A DNA stretch of 28,214 bases, taken from a virus. Its lineage: Duplodnaviria > Caudoviricetes. How positions within the stretch are numbered: the first letter of the stretch is position 1; every line of letters begins with the position of its first letter. The notes under the pieces are model-generated. The model saw nothing but the letters and a program-made list of their open reading frames with translations, had not been told where the DNA came from and searched no databases. Shown one piece after another: positions 6,933 to 16,248 of this stretch. The DNA lies in the IMG/VR virus record IMGVR_UViG_3300010203_000022, positions 1 to 28,214 of that record. The stretch is one strand, 5' to 3'. The position numbers and the translations under genes are program-made.

Positions 6933-8960
6933 ATGGCTGACGAATCCCTTCTCGTGGGCGGCGAGCTGCTGCTCTACGGCGATGTCGGCGACCCCTGGGG
7001 CTGGGGCTCCGGCTTCACCCCGCAACAGGTCGCGGCGGCGCTCGCCGAACACGGCTCCGGCCCTCTGACTGTGCGGCTGAATTCCGGTGGCGGGCGCGCC
7101 TTCGACGGCATGGCGATTTATTCACTGCTCAAGACGCACGATGGCGACGTGACCATTCGCGTGGACGGCATCGCCGCCTCTGCCGCCTCGCTGATCGCCA
7201 TGGCCGGCCGTCTCGAAATGTTCGACGGCGCCATGCTCATGATCCACGACGCCGCCAGCTACACGTTCGGCAATGAAGCGGAGCATCTGCGCTCGGCGGA
7301 AATCTTGAGCAAGCTCTCGGACCAGTATGCCGGGGTCTACGCCAAGAAAAGCGGCAAGGCCGCCGCCGAATGCCGCGACATCATGAAGGCCGAAAGCTGG
7401 CTCGCCGCGCAGGAGGCGGTTGATCTGGGCTTCGCCGATTGCGTCGCCGAAGACGCCGCCGCGCCGGTCGCGGCCTTCGATTATCGCCTTTACGCGCACG
7501 CGCCCCAGCAAATTCTGGCGTGCGCGCGTGAGAACCGCCCGAAGGATCAACCCCGGGCTCCCGTGGCCGCCGCCACTCAAATCCGCGAGGAAAACATGTC
7601 GAAGCCGAAAGAAGGCGGCGCCGAAACGGGCGCTGAAAACCAGCCGGGCGCGACCCCGCCCGCGCCTGCGGCCAATCCCGCCAATCCGCAGCCCGTCGCC
7701 AAGGCCTGGGCCGCCGATTTCTACGCCCTGGCCGGCTCCAAGGGTATGACGCTGCCCGACGCCAACGCCATTGTCGCCAGCGCCGACACACTGGAGAAGG
7801 CCAAAGACGGACTGATCGACGCGCTGGCGGCCGCGCAGTCCGACAACCTGCCCGCCGCCAATGGCGGTCATATTGTCTTCGGCGCGGACGCCCGCGACAA
7901 GTTCGTCGCCGGCATGTCCAACGCCTTCCTGGCGCGCGAAGGCGTCGAGGCCAAGGACCCCAAAAATGAGTTCAACGGCTCCAAGCCGATGGACCTGATC
8001 CGCGACATCGCCGCGCGCAACGGCATCAAGGGCACGCGCGATCCGATGAAGCTGGTCGCCGCCGTCATCACCCATTCGGCCGGCGATTTCTCGCAGATCA
8101 CCTCGAACATCGCCTACAAGGCCATGCTCAAGGGCTATGAGGAGACGCCCGAGACCTTCGAAGTCTGGACGTCGACTGGCTCGCTGCCGGATTTCAAACA
8201 GGCCCGCCGCGTCGATCTCAACGCGGTGCCTTCGTTGCCCGCCGTCACCGAACAGCAGGAATACACCTATCTGACTACCGGTGACCGTGGCGAGGTCTAT
8301 TCGATCGCCACCGCCGGCGGCCTGATCTCGATCTCGCGGCAGGCGATCATCAACGACGATCTGGATGTGTTCGGCCGGCTGCCGCGCAAACTCGGCCGCG
8401 CCGCCAAGCGCACCATCGGCAACGACGTTTATGGCGTGCTGTCGAGCAATCCGACCATGGGCGACAGCGTCGCTCTGTTTCACGCCAATCACGCCAACCT
8501 GTTCTCCGGCGCCGGCACGGCGCTGTCCTCGACCTCGCTGCAGGCCGGCGACCTCGCCATGGGCCTGCAGAAGGACCGCACACAGTCCAAGGTGGTGCTC
8601 GGCCTGGCGCCGAAATATCTGATCGTGCCGCGCGCGCTGAAATACACCGCCGCGCAGACGGTGCGCTCCGCCTCCGCCATCGGCCAGGCCAACCCGGCCG
8701 TGATCAACCCGGTGCAGAACATCGTGGAAGACATCGTCGCCGAGGCGCGTCTCGACGCGGTCTCCAGCACCGCCTGGTATCTCGCCGCCGACCAGGCGCA
8801 GACCGACACCGTCGAGGTCCTCTACCTCAACGGCGTCAAGGAGCCGGTGATTGAGGAGTTCACGCAGCCGAACGTGGACGGCGTGATCTACAAAATCCGC
8901 ATCGACTACGGCGTCAAGGCTTTCGCCTGGGAAGGCCTGCAGAAGCAGGTCGGCGCGTGA
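6933..8960 (+). CDS. ClpP-type prohead protease fused to major capsid protein
   Basis: N-terminal RLNSGGG, DGIAASAASLIAMAG, MLMIHDA and ESWLAAQEAVDLGFAD; Pro/Ala linker; capsid domain with DFKQ, ISRQAIINDDL, PKYLIVP and KIRIDYG. Confidence 0.95.
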   Translation: MADESLLVGGELLLYGDVGDPWGWGSGFTPQQVAAALAEHGSGPLTVRLNSGGGRAFDGMAIYSLLKTHDGDVTIRVDGIAASAASLIAMAGRLEMFDGAMLMIHDAASYTFGNEAEHLRSAEILSKLSDQYAGVYAKKSGKAAAECRDIMKAESWLAAQEAVDLGFADCVAEDAAAPVAAFDYRLYAHAPQQILACARENRPKDQPRAPVAAATQIREENMSKPKEGGAETGAENQPGATPPAPAANPANPQPVAKAWAADFYALAGSKGMTLPDANAIVASADTLEKAKDGLIDALAAAQSDNLPAANGGHIVFGADARDKFVAGMSNAFLAREGVEAKDPKNEFNGSKPMDLIRDIAARNGIKGTRDPMKLVAAVITHSAGDFSQITSNIAYKAMLKGYEETPETFEVWTSTGSLPDFKQARRVDLNAVPSLPAVTEQQEYTYLTTGDRGEVYSIATAGGLISISRQAIINDDLDVFGRLPRKLGRAAKRTIGNDVYGVLSSNPTMGDSVALFHANHANLFSGAGTALSSTSLQAGDLAMGLQKDRTQSKVVLGLAPKYLIVPRALKYTAAQTVRSASAIGQANPAVINPVQNIVEDIVAEARLDAVSSTAWYLAADQAQTDTVEVLYLNGVKEPVIEEFTQPNVDGVIYKIRIDYGVKAFAWEGLQKQVGA

Positions 8961-8986
8961 TCTTTCAATCCTCGGAGTCTTGATCC

Positions 8987-9328
8987 ATGGCGAAAAACAT
9001 CATTTCGGACGGGCAGGTGCTGCCCTTCACCGCGCCGGCCGGCGGCGTCGCCTCCGGCTCGGCTTATCTCATCGGCGCCGTCGTCGTCGTCGCAATGCAG
9101 GACGCGGCGGCGGGCGCGTCCTTCCCGGGCATGATCGACTGTGCTGTGGCCCTGCCCAAGGCCTCCGCCCTGGCCATCAGCGAAGGCGCGGCCGTCTACT
9201 GGGACAACACGAACAAGAACGTGACCACGACCGCATCCGGCAACACGAAATGCGGTTTCACCTTCGGCGGCGGCGCCCTTGCGGCGGACACCACCGTCAA
9301 GGTCCGCTTCTATTCGCAGCTTCAGTAA
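8987..9328 (+). CDS. DUF2190-family capsid cement/decoration protein
   Basis: MAKNIISDG...APAGGVASG...LPK...GAAVYWD pattern, directly after the capsid gene. Confidence 0.85.
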   Translation: MAKNIISDGQVLPFTAPAGGVASGSAYLIGAVVVVAMQDAAAGASFPGMIDCAVALPKASALAISEGAAVYWDNTNKNVTTTASGNTKCGFTFGGGALAADTTVKVRFYSQLQ

Positions 9329-9339
9329 GGGAGGCGTGA

Positions 9340-9522
9340 ATGGCTGACACGACTCCCACCCCGGCCGCCGACGCGTCCCCGGCTCCAACCACCGTCAAGG
9401 TGAAACTCGCGGACGCTTACACCAATCTCGACCTCACGCTGCCGAAGGGCGGCGTGATCGACCCCGGCGACCCGACCTGGGCCAGCATGATCGCCCGCGA
9501 CATTCTCGTGGTGGTCGGCTGA
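9340..9522 (+). CDS. Small hypothetical virion-morphogenesis protein
   Basis: Strong GGAGG SD and TGATG overlap with the next gene. Confidence 0.65.
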   Translation: MADTTPTPAADASPAPTTVKVKLADAYTNLDLTLPKGGVIDPGDPTWASMIARDILVVVG

Positions 9523-9917
9523 TGTCCCTTTTCGGGCGCATCGATCAGGTGGCGGCGGGGACACTCGCCGCCGTCATGGGCGACAAATGGGTGCTCACGC
9601 CCATGCGCAAACCGGATGACGTCAACGCGGCCGAAGAATTCGACCCCGACCGCCCCGTCCAGGAGGTCGTCGCGATTTACCGCGAGCCGACCGCGCCGCC
9701 CTTCATCCCCAACGGCTTCGATCCGCGTTCCGCGCAAAGACCCGGCGTCGCCTCCGGCCATCCTGAAATCGAGATGGACCCGCGCTTAAACGCCGGCGCC
9801 GAACTCAAGAGCCCGGATCTGCTGCGCGAAAAAAGCACGGGCAAGACCTGGCGGGTGATGAAAACCCGCAATGACGAAATGGGCCGCATCTTCGCGGCCG
9901 TGAACCTGGTGGGCTGA
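9522..9917 (+). CDS. Putative head closure / head-tail joining protein (FII-like)
   Basis: 131 aa, coupled on both sides by TGATG; assigned by synteny. Confidence 0.6.
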   Translation: MSLFGRIDQVAAGTLAAVMGDKWVLTPMRKPDDVNAAEEFDPDRPVQEVVAIYREPTAPPFIPNGFDPRSAQRPGVASGHPEIEMDPRLNAGAELKSPDLLREKSTGKTWRVMKTRNDEMGRIFAAVNLVG

Positions 9918-10714
9918 TGTCCTTCTCGCGTCTTGCGTTGCGTCTCGCCACTATTGAGGCGCTCGCGCCCACCGGCGGCCCCTATCCGACCATCGCCGGC
10001 CGGCGCGTCTATGACTCGCGTATCGATCTGATCGCCGGGGATGACGATCTCTCCGCCATCGAAAGCAACCCGCTGATCTGCGTCTATACCGAGGATCAGC
10101 ACGCGCTGCCTTATGGGTCCGTCAAATACCCGGCGGATGAAAATGTCGTCACGCTGGTGTGCGAGCTGATGCTCGCGGTGCGTGGCGAGGTCGAAATCGA
10201 CGCGGCGGGCGGCGGGGTTGAGGTGGTCGGCGAGGACGGCGTGCCCGTCACCGACCGCGAGCACGAGGCGCTGCTCGATCTGCTCGAAGCTCAGGTCTGC
10301 TACATCCTCGACCCAAAGAACCGCGCGCCGTCGGCGGCCATCTATTCCGCCGTCGCCTGGGAAATCCGGTCAATCCATTCGGACCCGCAGCGTGCGGCCG
10401 ACCGCGCCGTCCGCATCGCCGCGCGCACGGTCAAGCTGCACGTCAAGGTCCGCAAGGAGGCTTGGCCCAGCCTTCCGTCCACGCCAACGCCCACCGGGGT
10501 CGACCTATTGCCGGAGCCGCTGCGCGCGGTGGCCAAGGCGCTCCCCGCCAATTCCTCCGCTGCCGCGCTGCTGGCGCGGATCGCCGCCTATGCGCCGCAG
10601 CCGACCGCCCCGCTGCCGCTGGAGCAGATCGCCGTCGGCTTCGACCTGGGCGGCTCGCCCAACGCCACCACCCCCGCGAGCGCCGACAGCGCCGCGCAAA
10701 TCTCCACGCTTTGA
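9917..10714 (+). CDS. Putative tail terminator / neck protein
   Basis: TIAGRRVYDSR...PLICVYT pattern as in tail-terminator-like proteins; lies between head and sheath genes. Confidence 0.6.
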   Translation: MSFSRLALRLATIEALAPTGGPYPTIAGRRVYDSRIDLIAGDDDLSAIESNPLICVYTEDQHALPYGSVKYPADENVVTLVCELMLAVRGEVEIDAAGGGVEVVGEDGVPVTDREHEALLDLLEAQVCYILDPKNRAPSAAIYSAVAWEIRSIHSDPQRAADRAVRIAARTVKLHVKVRKEAWPSLPSTPTPTGVDLLPEPLRAVAKALPANSSAAALLARIAAYAPQPTAPLPLEQIAVGFDLGGSPNATTPASADSAAQISTL

Positions 10715-10723
10715 GAGGTCGCC

Positions 10724-10939
10724 ATGCAAGTCCGTCTCGCCGATCTGACGCATTCCCTGCCGGTTCCCGGCACCGCCCGGCTGTTCTCGCAGGAGCCCGA
10801 AGGCGAAGAGGTGGACATCTCCGACAGCTTCTGGGCCGCGCGCATAAGCGACGGCTCCGTGGTCGCGGTCGAAGCCGCCGAAGACGCGCCAGCCGCCGCC
10901 CCTCTTTCCATTCCCGCATCGCCGGACCTCTCCAAGTAA
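10724..10939 (+). CDS. DUF2635 / Mu gp38-like small protein
   Basis: GEEVDISDSFWAARISDGSV motif, GAGG SD and position upstream of the sheath gene. Confidence 0.7.
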   Translation: MQVRLADLTHSLPVPGTARLFSQEPEGEEVDISDSFWAARISDGSVVAVEAAEDAPAAAPLSIPASPDLSK

Positions 10940-10974
10940 CGGCCATGCGCCACATCCTCGAAAGGCTTGAACAA

Positions 10975-11244
10975 ATGGCAATCGACCTCAACCCGGTCAC
11001 CCAGGTGGTCCAGACGCTTTCCGCCTCCATCGCCTCCCTGACCGAACTCGCGGCCGCCAAGATCGCCGAAGCGGAAAAGGCTTCCGCCGACACCGCCGCG
11101 CAGGTCGCCGCCGACGAGGCGTCCGCCATGACCGCACTCGGCCAGCTTTCCGACCATCTGTCCGCGCTGGTGACTCAGATCGACACCTTCGTCGCCGCGC
11201 ACGCCGCGACGCCGCAGAGCGCGGACCCCGCCAACCCCGCCTGA
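10975..11244 (+). CDS. Small helical/coiled-coil hypothetical protein
   Basis: 3' part of ORF 10462-11244. GAAAGG precedes ATG 10975 (alternative ATG at 10945), and the gene fills the gap before the sheath. Confidence 0.65.
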   Translation: MAIDLNPVTQVVQTLSASIASLTELAAAKIAEAEKASADTAAQVAADEASAMTALGQLSDHLSALVTQIDTFVAAHAATPQSADPANPA

Positions 11245-11274
11245 TCCATCCATTTCCTTTAAGGGGACACGCCC

Positions 11275-12783
11275 ATGGCCGGCATCGGCTTCAATACTAT
11301 CCCGTCCAATCTCGTCGCGCCGATCTTCACCTTCGAGACCAACAGCGGCGGTCAGTTCGAGGATCAGAACCGTCTGATCCTCACTGGCTACAAGCTCGCC
11401 GCCGGCACGGTCGCCGCCAACACGCCGACGCCGTGCCCGTCGCTCAACGACGCCGCGCTGCTCGCCGGCGCCGGCTCGATGCTCTACGAAATGGTGCGCG
11501 TGGCGGCCGCAAACTATCCGGGCACCGTGCCCTATATCAACGCCGTCGCCGAACCGGCCGGCGTCAATGGCACATGGACCATCACGCTCGCCAGCATTGC
11601 TTCGCTGTCGGGCACGGGCTCCATCGAAATCGCCGGCCGCGCGTTGCAGGTCGCGATCGCCACCTCGGACACGCCGACCACGGTCGCCGCGGCGCTCGCC
11701 GCCGCCGTCAACGCCTATGCCGACACTCTGACCGGCGCCATGCTGCCGGTCACCGCCGCCTCTGCCGCCGCCGTGGTGACTTTGACCGCGCGCCACAAGG
11801 GCGATTACCTCAACGATCTCGACATCTACGTGCCGCCGACGTCCAGCAACCTGCTGGCGGGAACCGGCGTCACCACCGTCGCCGTGGGCGTGGCGGGGTC
11901 GGGAACGCCGGCTGTGTCGGCGGCGCTGGCGACGATCAACGACGATCCCGCGGACACGCTGGTCAGCCCATTCCCGGACGCCACCAATCTGGCGTCCTAT
12001 ACCGCCTGGAGCAATGACATATCCGGCCGCTGGGCCTGGAACCGGCAGGTGTACGGCCATGTCTGGACCGTTCACACCGGGACCTATTCGGCGGCCACCA
12101 CGCTCGGGCTCACCCTCAACGACCGTCACCTGACGGTGCTGCGCCGCCTCGCCGCGACGCCGTCGCCCGCCTATGAATGGATCGCGGCCTTCGCGGCCGC
12201 GCAATCCGCCTGGCTGTTCGACTGCATTCTCGGCAATGTCTCGCGCAACCAGACGGGCCGTCCCGTGCTGGGCGTTCGCGCGCCGCGCGACCGTTCGACC
12301 TTCGACAATTATGCGGCGCGCGATGGCCTGCTCAAATCGGGCCTCAGCACGTTCCAGGTCGGCGCGGACGGGACTGTGCAGATCGACAAGAGCATCACGA
12401 CCTATCGCACCGGCGCGACCGGGCAGGTCGACACCGTCTTCCGCGATGTCAATTCGGTCTATCAGGTCGCCGGCGCGTGGAAATACATGCGCGCCAAACT
12501 GCTGGCCGAGCATGGGCAAAAAGCCATTGTGGACAGCAACCCGGGCGCGCTCGATGCGCTGACCACGCTCGCCGACATCAAGGCGTCCTGGCTGGACGGG
12601 ATGCGCATGCTGGCGAAGCGCGGCGTGGTCGAAAACGTCGACGCGGCGATGAAGAAATTCGCCATCGCCCGCGACACCCAGAACCCCGCGCGCGTGAACA
12701 TCATGGGGCCGGTCGATCGCGTCAGCCCGCTCGATATCCTCGCGACCAACGGCAAGATCTACACCCTGTTGCCGGCGGCCTGA
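11275..12783 (+). CDS. Contractile tail sheath protein (Mu gpL-like)
   Basis: IGFNTIPSNLVAP N-terminus, GAGSML, VTLTARHKG, GRW...QVYGH, ITTY and RDTQNPARVN motifs. Confidence 0.95.
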   Translation: MAGIGFNTIPSNLVAPIFTFETNSGGQFEDQNRLILTGYKLAAGTVAANTPTPCPSLNDAALLAGAGSMLYEMVRVAAANYPGTVPYINAVAEPAGVNGTWTITLASIASLSGTGSIEIAGRALQVAIATSDTPTTVAAALAAAVNAYADTLTGAMLPVTAASAAAVVTLTARHKGDYLNDLDIYVPPTSSNLLAGTGVTTVAVGVAGSGTPAVSAALATINDDPADTLVSPFPDATNLASYTAWSNDISGRWAWNRQVYGHVWTVHTGTYSAATTLGLTLNDRHLTVLRRLAATPSPAYEWIAAFAAAQSAWLFDCILGNVSRNQTGRPVLGVRAPRDRSTFDNYAARDGLLKSGLSTFQVGADGTVQIDKSITTYRTGATGQVDTVFRDVNSVYQVAGAWKYMRAKLLAEHGQKAIVDSNPGALDALTTLADIKASWLDGMRMLAKRGVVENVDAAMKKFAIARDTQNPARVNIMGPVDRVSPLDILATNGKIYTLLPAA

Positions 12784-12818
12784 TCGGCGCTTTCCCTTCC
12801 ATCTGACGGAGCACAGAC

Positions 12819-13214
12819 ATGGCCGATTTCGGCGGCATTATGCACTTCAAGGCCTTCGGCAAGCTGATCAAGCTGCGCGGCAAGGTCACTATCGACCCGT
12901 CCAACGTCAAGGCGGAGCCGGGCGCCAACCACGACGGCACCACCTACCGCACCTTCTCGGTCAACGGCTTCGGCGCCGAGGTGATGTTCCAGGCCTCGAC
13001 CGGCGAGGACATCAGCAACGCCACCGACGTCAACTGGGACGCGCTGCTCAAGGCCCCGGCCGGCCCGATCATCCTGTCCGAAGATCAGGTGGGCGTCCTG
13101 CACACCTGGTCGGGCGCAACCTTTGTCGGCGAACCGAAGGTCGACCGCGAGAACGGCGAGGTCTCCGGCCTGCGCATTCTTTCCGACTTCTACACCACTT
13201 CCACCACCGCGTGA
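12819..13214 (+). CDS. Tail tube protein (Mu gpM-like)
   Basis: 131-aa beta-rich protein immediately after the sheath, with GGAG SD. Confidence 0.85.
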   Translation: MADFGGIMHFKAFGKLIKLRGKVTIDPSNVKAEPGANHDGTTYRTFSVNGFGAEVMFQASTGEDISNATDVNWDALLKAPAGPIILSEDQVGVLHTWSGATFVGEPKVDRENGEVSGLRILSDFYTTSTTA

Positions 13215-13223
13215 GGCTGACAC

Positions 13224-13586
13224 ATGGATGCGCAGAACATCGATCTGCTGGAGCCGGTTACCGTCATGGGCGAGCGCGTTGAGGCGCTACGCTTCCGGGC
13301 GCCGCGCGGGCGCGACCTGGTCGCCGGCGGCGATATCGAAACGTGGGTGCGAATGCCAGATAATTCGCTCTATTCGATCGACAACACCCAGGCGATCCGC
13401 CGCTACGCCAAGGCGTTGATCATGCTGCCGGACAAGGCGTTGTTCGACGGCGGCGACGTGTTCGACGCGCTCGAACTGCCTGACGCGCTGCGGGTGAAGG
13501 CGAAGATCGCCGGTTTTTTTTCCGAGGCCGACCGCGCGATTACCTTGAGCGAATCGAAACCCTCGTCCTCGACGTCGGCGTCCTGA
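13224..13586 (+). CDS. Tail assembly chaperone (gpG/gpE-like)
   Basis: LRFRAPRGRDL and L..PD...I.GFF motifs; lies between tube and tape measure genes. Confidence 0.88.
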   Translation: MDAQNIDLLEPVTVMGERVEALRFRAPRGRDLVAGGDIETWVRMPDNSLYSIDNTQAIRRYAKALIMLPDKALFDGGDVFDALELPDALRVKAKIAGFFSEADRAITLSESKPSSSTSAS

Positions 13587-13678
13587 CCTTCGCGGACACC
13601 AACACCATGACGCTGGATGAACTGGCGTCATGGTTCGAACGCATTGGCGATCATTTCAAAAAGCGGAAACGGCGATGA
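13514..13678 (+). CDS. -1 frameshift extension of the tail chaperone (gpGT / E+E'-like; fused product 13224-13678)
   Basis: Slippery GGTTTTTTTT at 13512-13521. The -1 frame reads FRGRPRDYLERIETLVLDVGVLTFADTNTMTLDELASWFERIGDHFKKRKRR* and ends in an ATGA overlap with the tape measure start. Confidence 0.85.
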   Translation, partial: FFFRGRPRDYLERIETLVLDVGVLTFADTNTMTLDELASWFERIGDHFKKRKRR

Positions 13679-16248
13679 GCAGCACAGTCCTTGAAGCCCG
13701 CGCGGTTATCACGGCTGACGACAAGACGGCCGCCGCATTTGCGGCGGTCGAGGCCCGCATCAAGGCGGTGTCGGCGCAGGCCAAGGCCATGGCGCATATC
13801 CTGCACAATGTCTCGACGATGACCGGGGCTGGCGCGGGCGTGAGCGGCAAGGCGCCTGTGGTCCCGCCGATCGCGCGCGATTTCCAGCACCTTTCGGCGG
13901 CGGTCTCCAACCTGACCGCCGCAATGAACCGCGCCGCCGGGCTGGTGGGGCCAGCCGTCCGCAACACGGCCCATCCCGGCGCGCGCGGCGCGCATCCCGG
14001 CGTGCTCGGCGCGCCGGCGGACATGTCGGGCGGTCGCGTGGCGGCCGGCATCATGGGGGCCTATGCCGCGCACAAGACGGCGGATTTTGCCCGCACCTCG
14101 CTGCACACTTATCGCGAGTTCGACAAGGAGCGCCGCTACGGCCGCGCTGTGATGGGCATCAGCGACGAAGAACAGGAGCCGCTGGTCAAGCAGGCGATCC
14201 ACGGAGGCGCCACTTCGAAGTTCAACGACATCCAATGGTTGGAGGGCCAGCGCGAGCTGGCCGCGCGCGGGCTTAATGTCGATCAGGTCCGGGCGCTCGC
14301 GGAAGTGTCCGCGACGATTGGCGCAGCCATGGACAAGAGCCTGCCGGAATCGGTTAAGGCGCTGGAAGGCGCCATGTTCGGCTTCGGCAAGGACACGTCC
14401 ACCTACGAAAAGGCGGTCGAGAACGCTCGGCGCACGGCGGACTTGCAGGTCAAGGCGTCGAAGATCTCCGGCATGAGCTACGATGATCTGATCGGAGCCT
14501 ACAAATATGCCGCGACGCCGTTCCGCATGGCTGGGCTGTCGGAAGAAAAGATGCTGGCTTTCGCTGGCGTCGGCAAGAAGTCCAACATGGGCGGCGATGA
14601 GATGGGCACCGCCGGCCGCGCCCTGGTCGCCAACATGCTCAGCCCGACCGCCGGGGCGCGCACGGCGATGATGGCCGCCGGCATTGATTATTCGAAATAC
14701 CAGCACGCCGGCGAAAAGCCGATGGACGCGGCGACGTTTAGCAAGTCCATCGCCCAGACCTATGGCGTCGAGCTGACCAAGGACGTGCAGGCGGGCCTGC
14801 AGAAGATTTTCAACGACAAAGCGACCGTCGCGGATGCCGCAAAATTTGCGCCGGCCGTGACCAGGTTATTGAAGGACGCGCTCGAAGGCGACGACGCCAA
14901 GAGCCTCAAGAGCATCGCCGGCCAAGCGCGTCGCTACCGCGACGCCTCCATTTCCGGCGTCGACACCAACAAGCTGTTCAATGACCTTATGGCCGCCATG
15001 GCGAAAAACCCGAACCTGGCCAACGCCGTGTTCGGGCCGAAACAGGGCGCGCGCATTAAGGCGGCGATTGGCGACCCCGAAACCTTTCTGCACAAGCTCG
15101 AAGAACTGGAAAAACATTCAGGCGGCTTCGCCAAGGATGTCGCGGACCAGCGTGGCGCGGGCTTTGATGGCGCCATGTCGCGTCTCGAAGGCGCGGTTAA
15201 GAATCTGGAAAGTCGGCTCGGCGCGGCCTTCGATAAGGACGGCAAGGGCGGCGCGCTGACGGAGTGGACCGATAGGGCCGCCGCCTTCGTGCAAAAGCTG
15301 GCGGAAGCCGACCCAAAATTGCAGCGGCTTGGGGTCGCCGCCGGCGCGGCCGCCGCCGCCTTCGCCGGGTTCAAGGGCGCGGAAGCGCTGCTGGGCGGCT
15401 TCGGCCTCAAGGGGTCCGCCACGGCGCTGGTCGGATCGGCGGAGGCTTTGACGGCCGCCGCCGCGCGGTTGGGCGGCGTTCCGGGCGCGCGACCTGGTGG
15501 GGTCGGGACCCCTGGAGCGACGGGAGAAGGCGGCAAGCCCGGCGGCTTTGGCGGTCTTGGCTGGCGCGGCCTCGGTATGGGTTTGACGCTCGGTTCCGCC
15601 GTTTGGAACATGCCGACCAATGCCGAAGAGTGGAACAAGCAACAGGACGAGAACCAAAAGACCAGCGACAAACTTGATAATTGGTCGCGCGAAAACCTGC
15701 CCTGGTGGCTCGGCCCCGACGCGCACAAGATCGCCAAGGAAAAGCTCGGGGGGGCCTTTTCGTCGGGTTCATGGTCGGGCGGCCGCCACACATTCGCGCC
15801 CGCCGGATCTTCGCGCGATTTCACCCTCGGCGCGGGCGGCGGCTTCGCGCCTCAGGGGACGCTGGTCCCCCAGGGCGGCTTCGGCTTCGGGACCGTCTCC
15901 AATTTCGACCCGGACCGCGCCCGGCAGGCTGCGGCGGGAATGGCCGCGGCGCCTATGCCTCACCACCCGCCCGGGGGCGCGCTGCCGACTTTCGCCGCCG
16001 CGCCGGGCGGCCTGCCCTCGCTCGATTCGCTCGCCAGCCATTTGAGCGGGCTCAAGGCGACGGTCGAAGGACCCGTCCCGGTCAATGTCACCGGGAGCGC
16101 CGACGTGACCAGCAAGGTCACCGTCGAAGTGCTGCCCTCGCAATTGTTGCTGGCCACGGTCAAAGCGGCCGAAGCCGCCAAAACCCAAATCCCGCTGCGC
16201 TCGAATTCGGGCGCGTCCACCCCTGACGCCGGAGGCCGCAAGCCATGA
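13675..16248 (+). CDS. Tail tape measure protein
   Basis: 857-aa Ala/Gly-rich helical protein starting LEARAVITADDKT, with a TP901-like core (YKYAATP...AGLS..GDEMGTA.R). Start set at ATG 13675. Confidence 0.93.
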   Translation: MSSTVLEARAVITADDKTAAAFAAVEARIKAVSAQAKAMAHILHNVSTMTGAGAGVSGKAPVVPPIARDFQHLSAAVSNLTAAMNRAAGLVGPAVRNTAHPGARGAHPGVLGAPADMSGGRVAAGIMGAYAAHKTADFARTSLHTYREFDKERRYGRAVMGISDEEQEPLVKQAIHGGATSKFNDIQWLEGQRELAARGLNVDQVRALAEVSATIGAAMDKSLPESVKALEGAMFGFGKDTSTYEKAVENARRTADLQVKASKISGMSYDDLIGAYKYAATPFRMAGLSEEKMLAFAGVGKKSNMGGDEMGTAGRALVANMLSPTAGARTAMMAAGIDYSKYQHAGEKPMDAATFSKSIAQTYGVELTKDVQAGLQKIFNDKATVADAAKFAPAVTRLLKDALEGDDAKSLKSIAGQARRYRDASISGVDTNKLFNDLMAAMAKNPNLANAVFGPKQGARIKAAIGDPETFLHKLEELEKHSGGFAKDVADQRGAGFDGAMSRLEGAVKNLESRLGAAFDKDGKGGALTEWTDRAAAFVQKLAEADPKLQRLGVAAGAAAAAFAGFKGAEALLGGFGLKGSATALVGSAEALTAAAARLGGVPGARPGGVGTPGATGEGGKPGGFGGLGWRGLGMGLTLGSAVWNMPTNAEEWNKQQDENQKTSDKLDNWSRENLPWWLGPDAHKIAKEKLGGAFSSGSWSGGRHTFAPAGSSRDFTLGAGGGFAPQGTLVPQGGFGFGTVSNFDPDRARQAAAGMAAAPMPHHPPGGALPTFAAAPGGLPSLDSLASHLSGLKATVEGPVPVNVTGSADVTSKVTVEVLPSQLLLATVKAAEAAKTQIPLRSNSGASTPDAGGRKP

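Noticed and set aside
3091-12519. Long minus-strand ORFs (3091-4539, 5350-6645, 7122-8492, 10588-12519)
   Set aside because: They are antisense shadows of terL, portal, capsid and sheath, expected from high-GC codon bias, and have no recognisable motifs.
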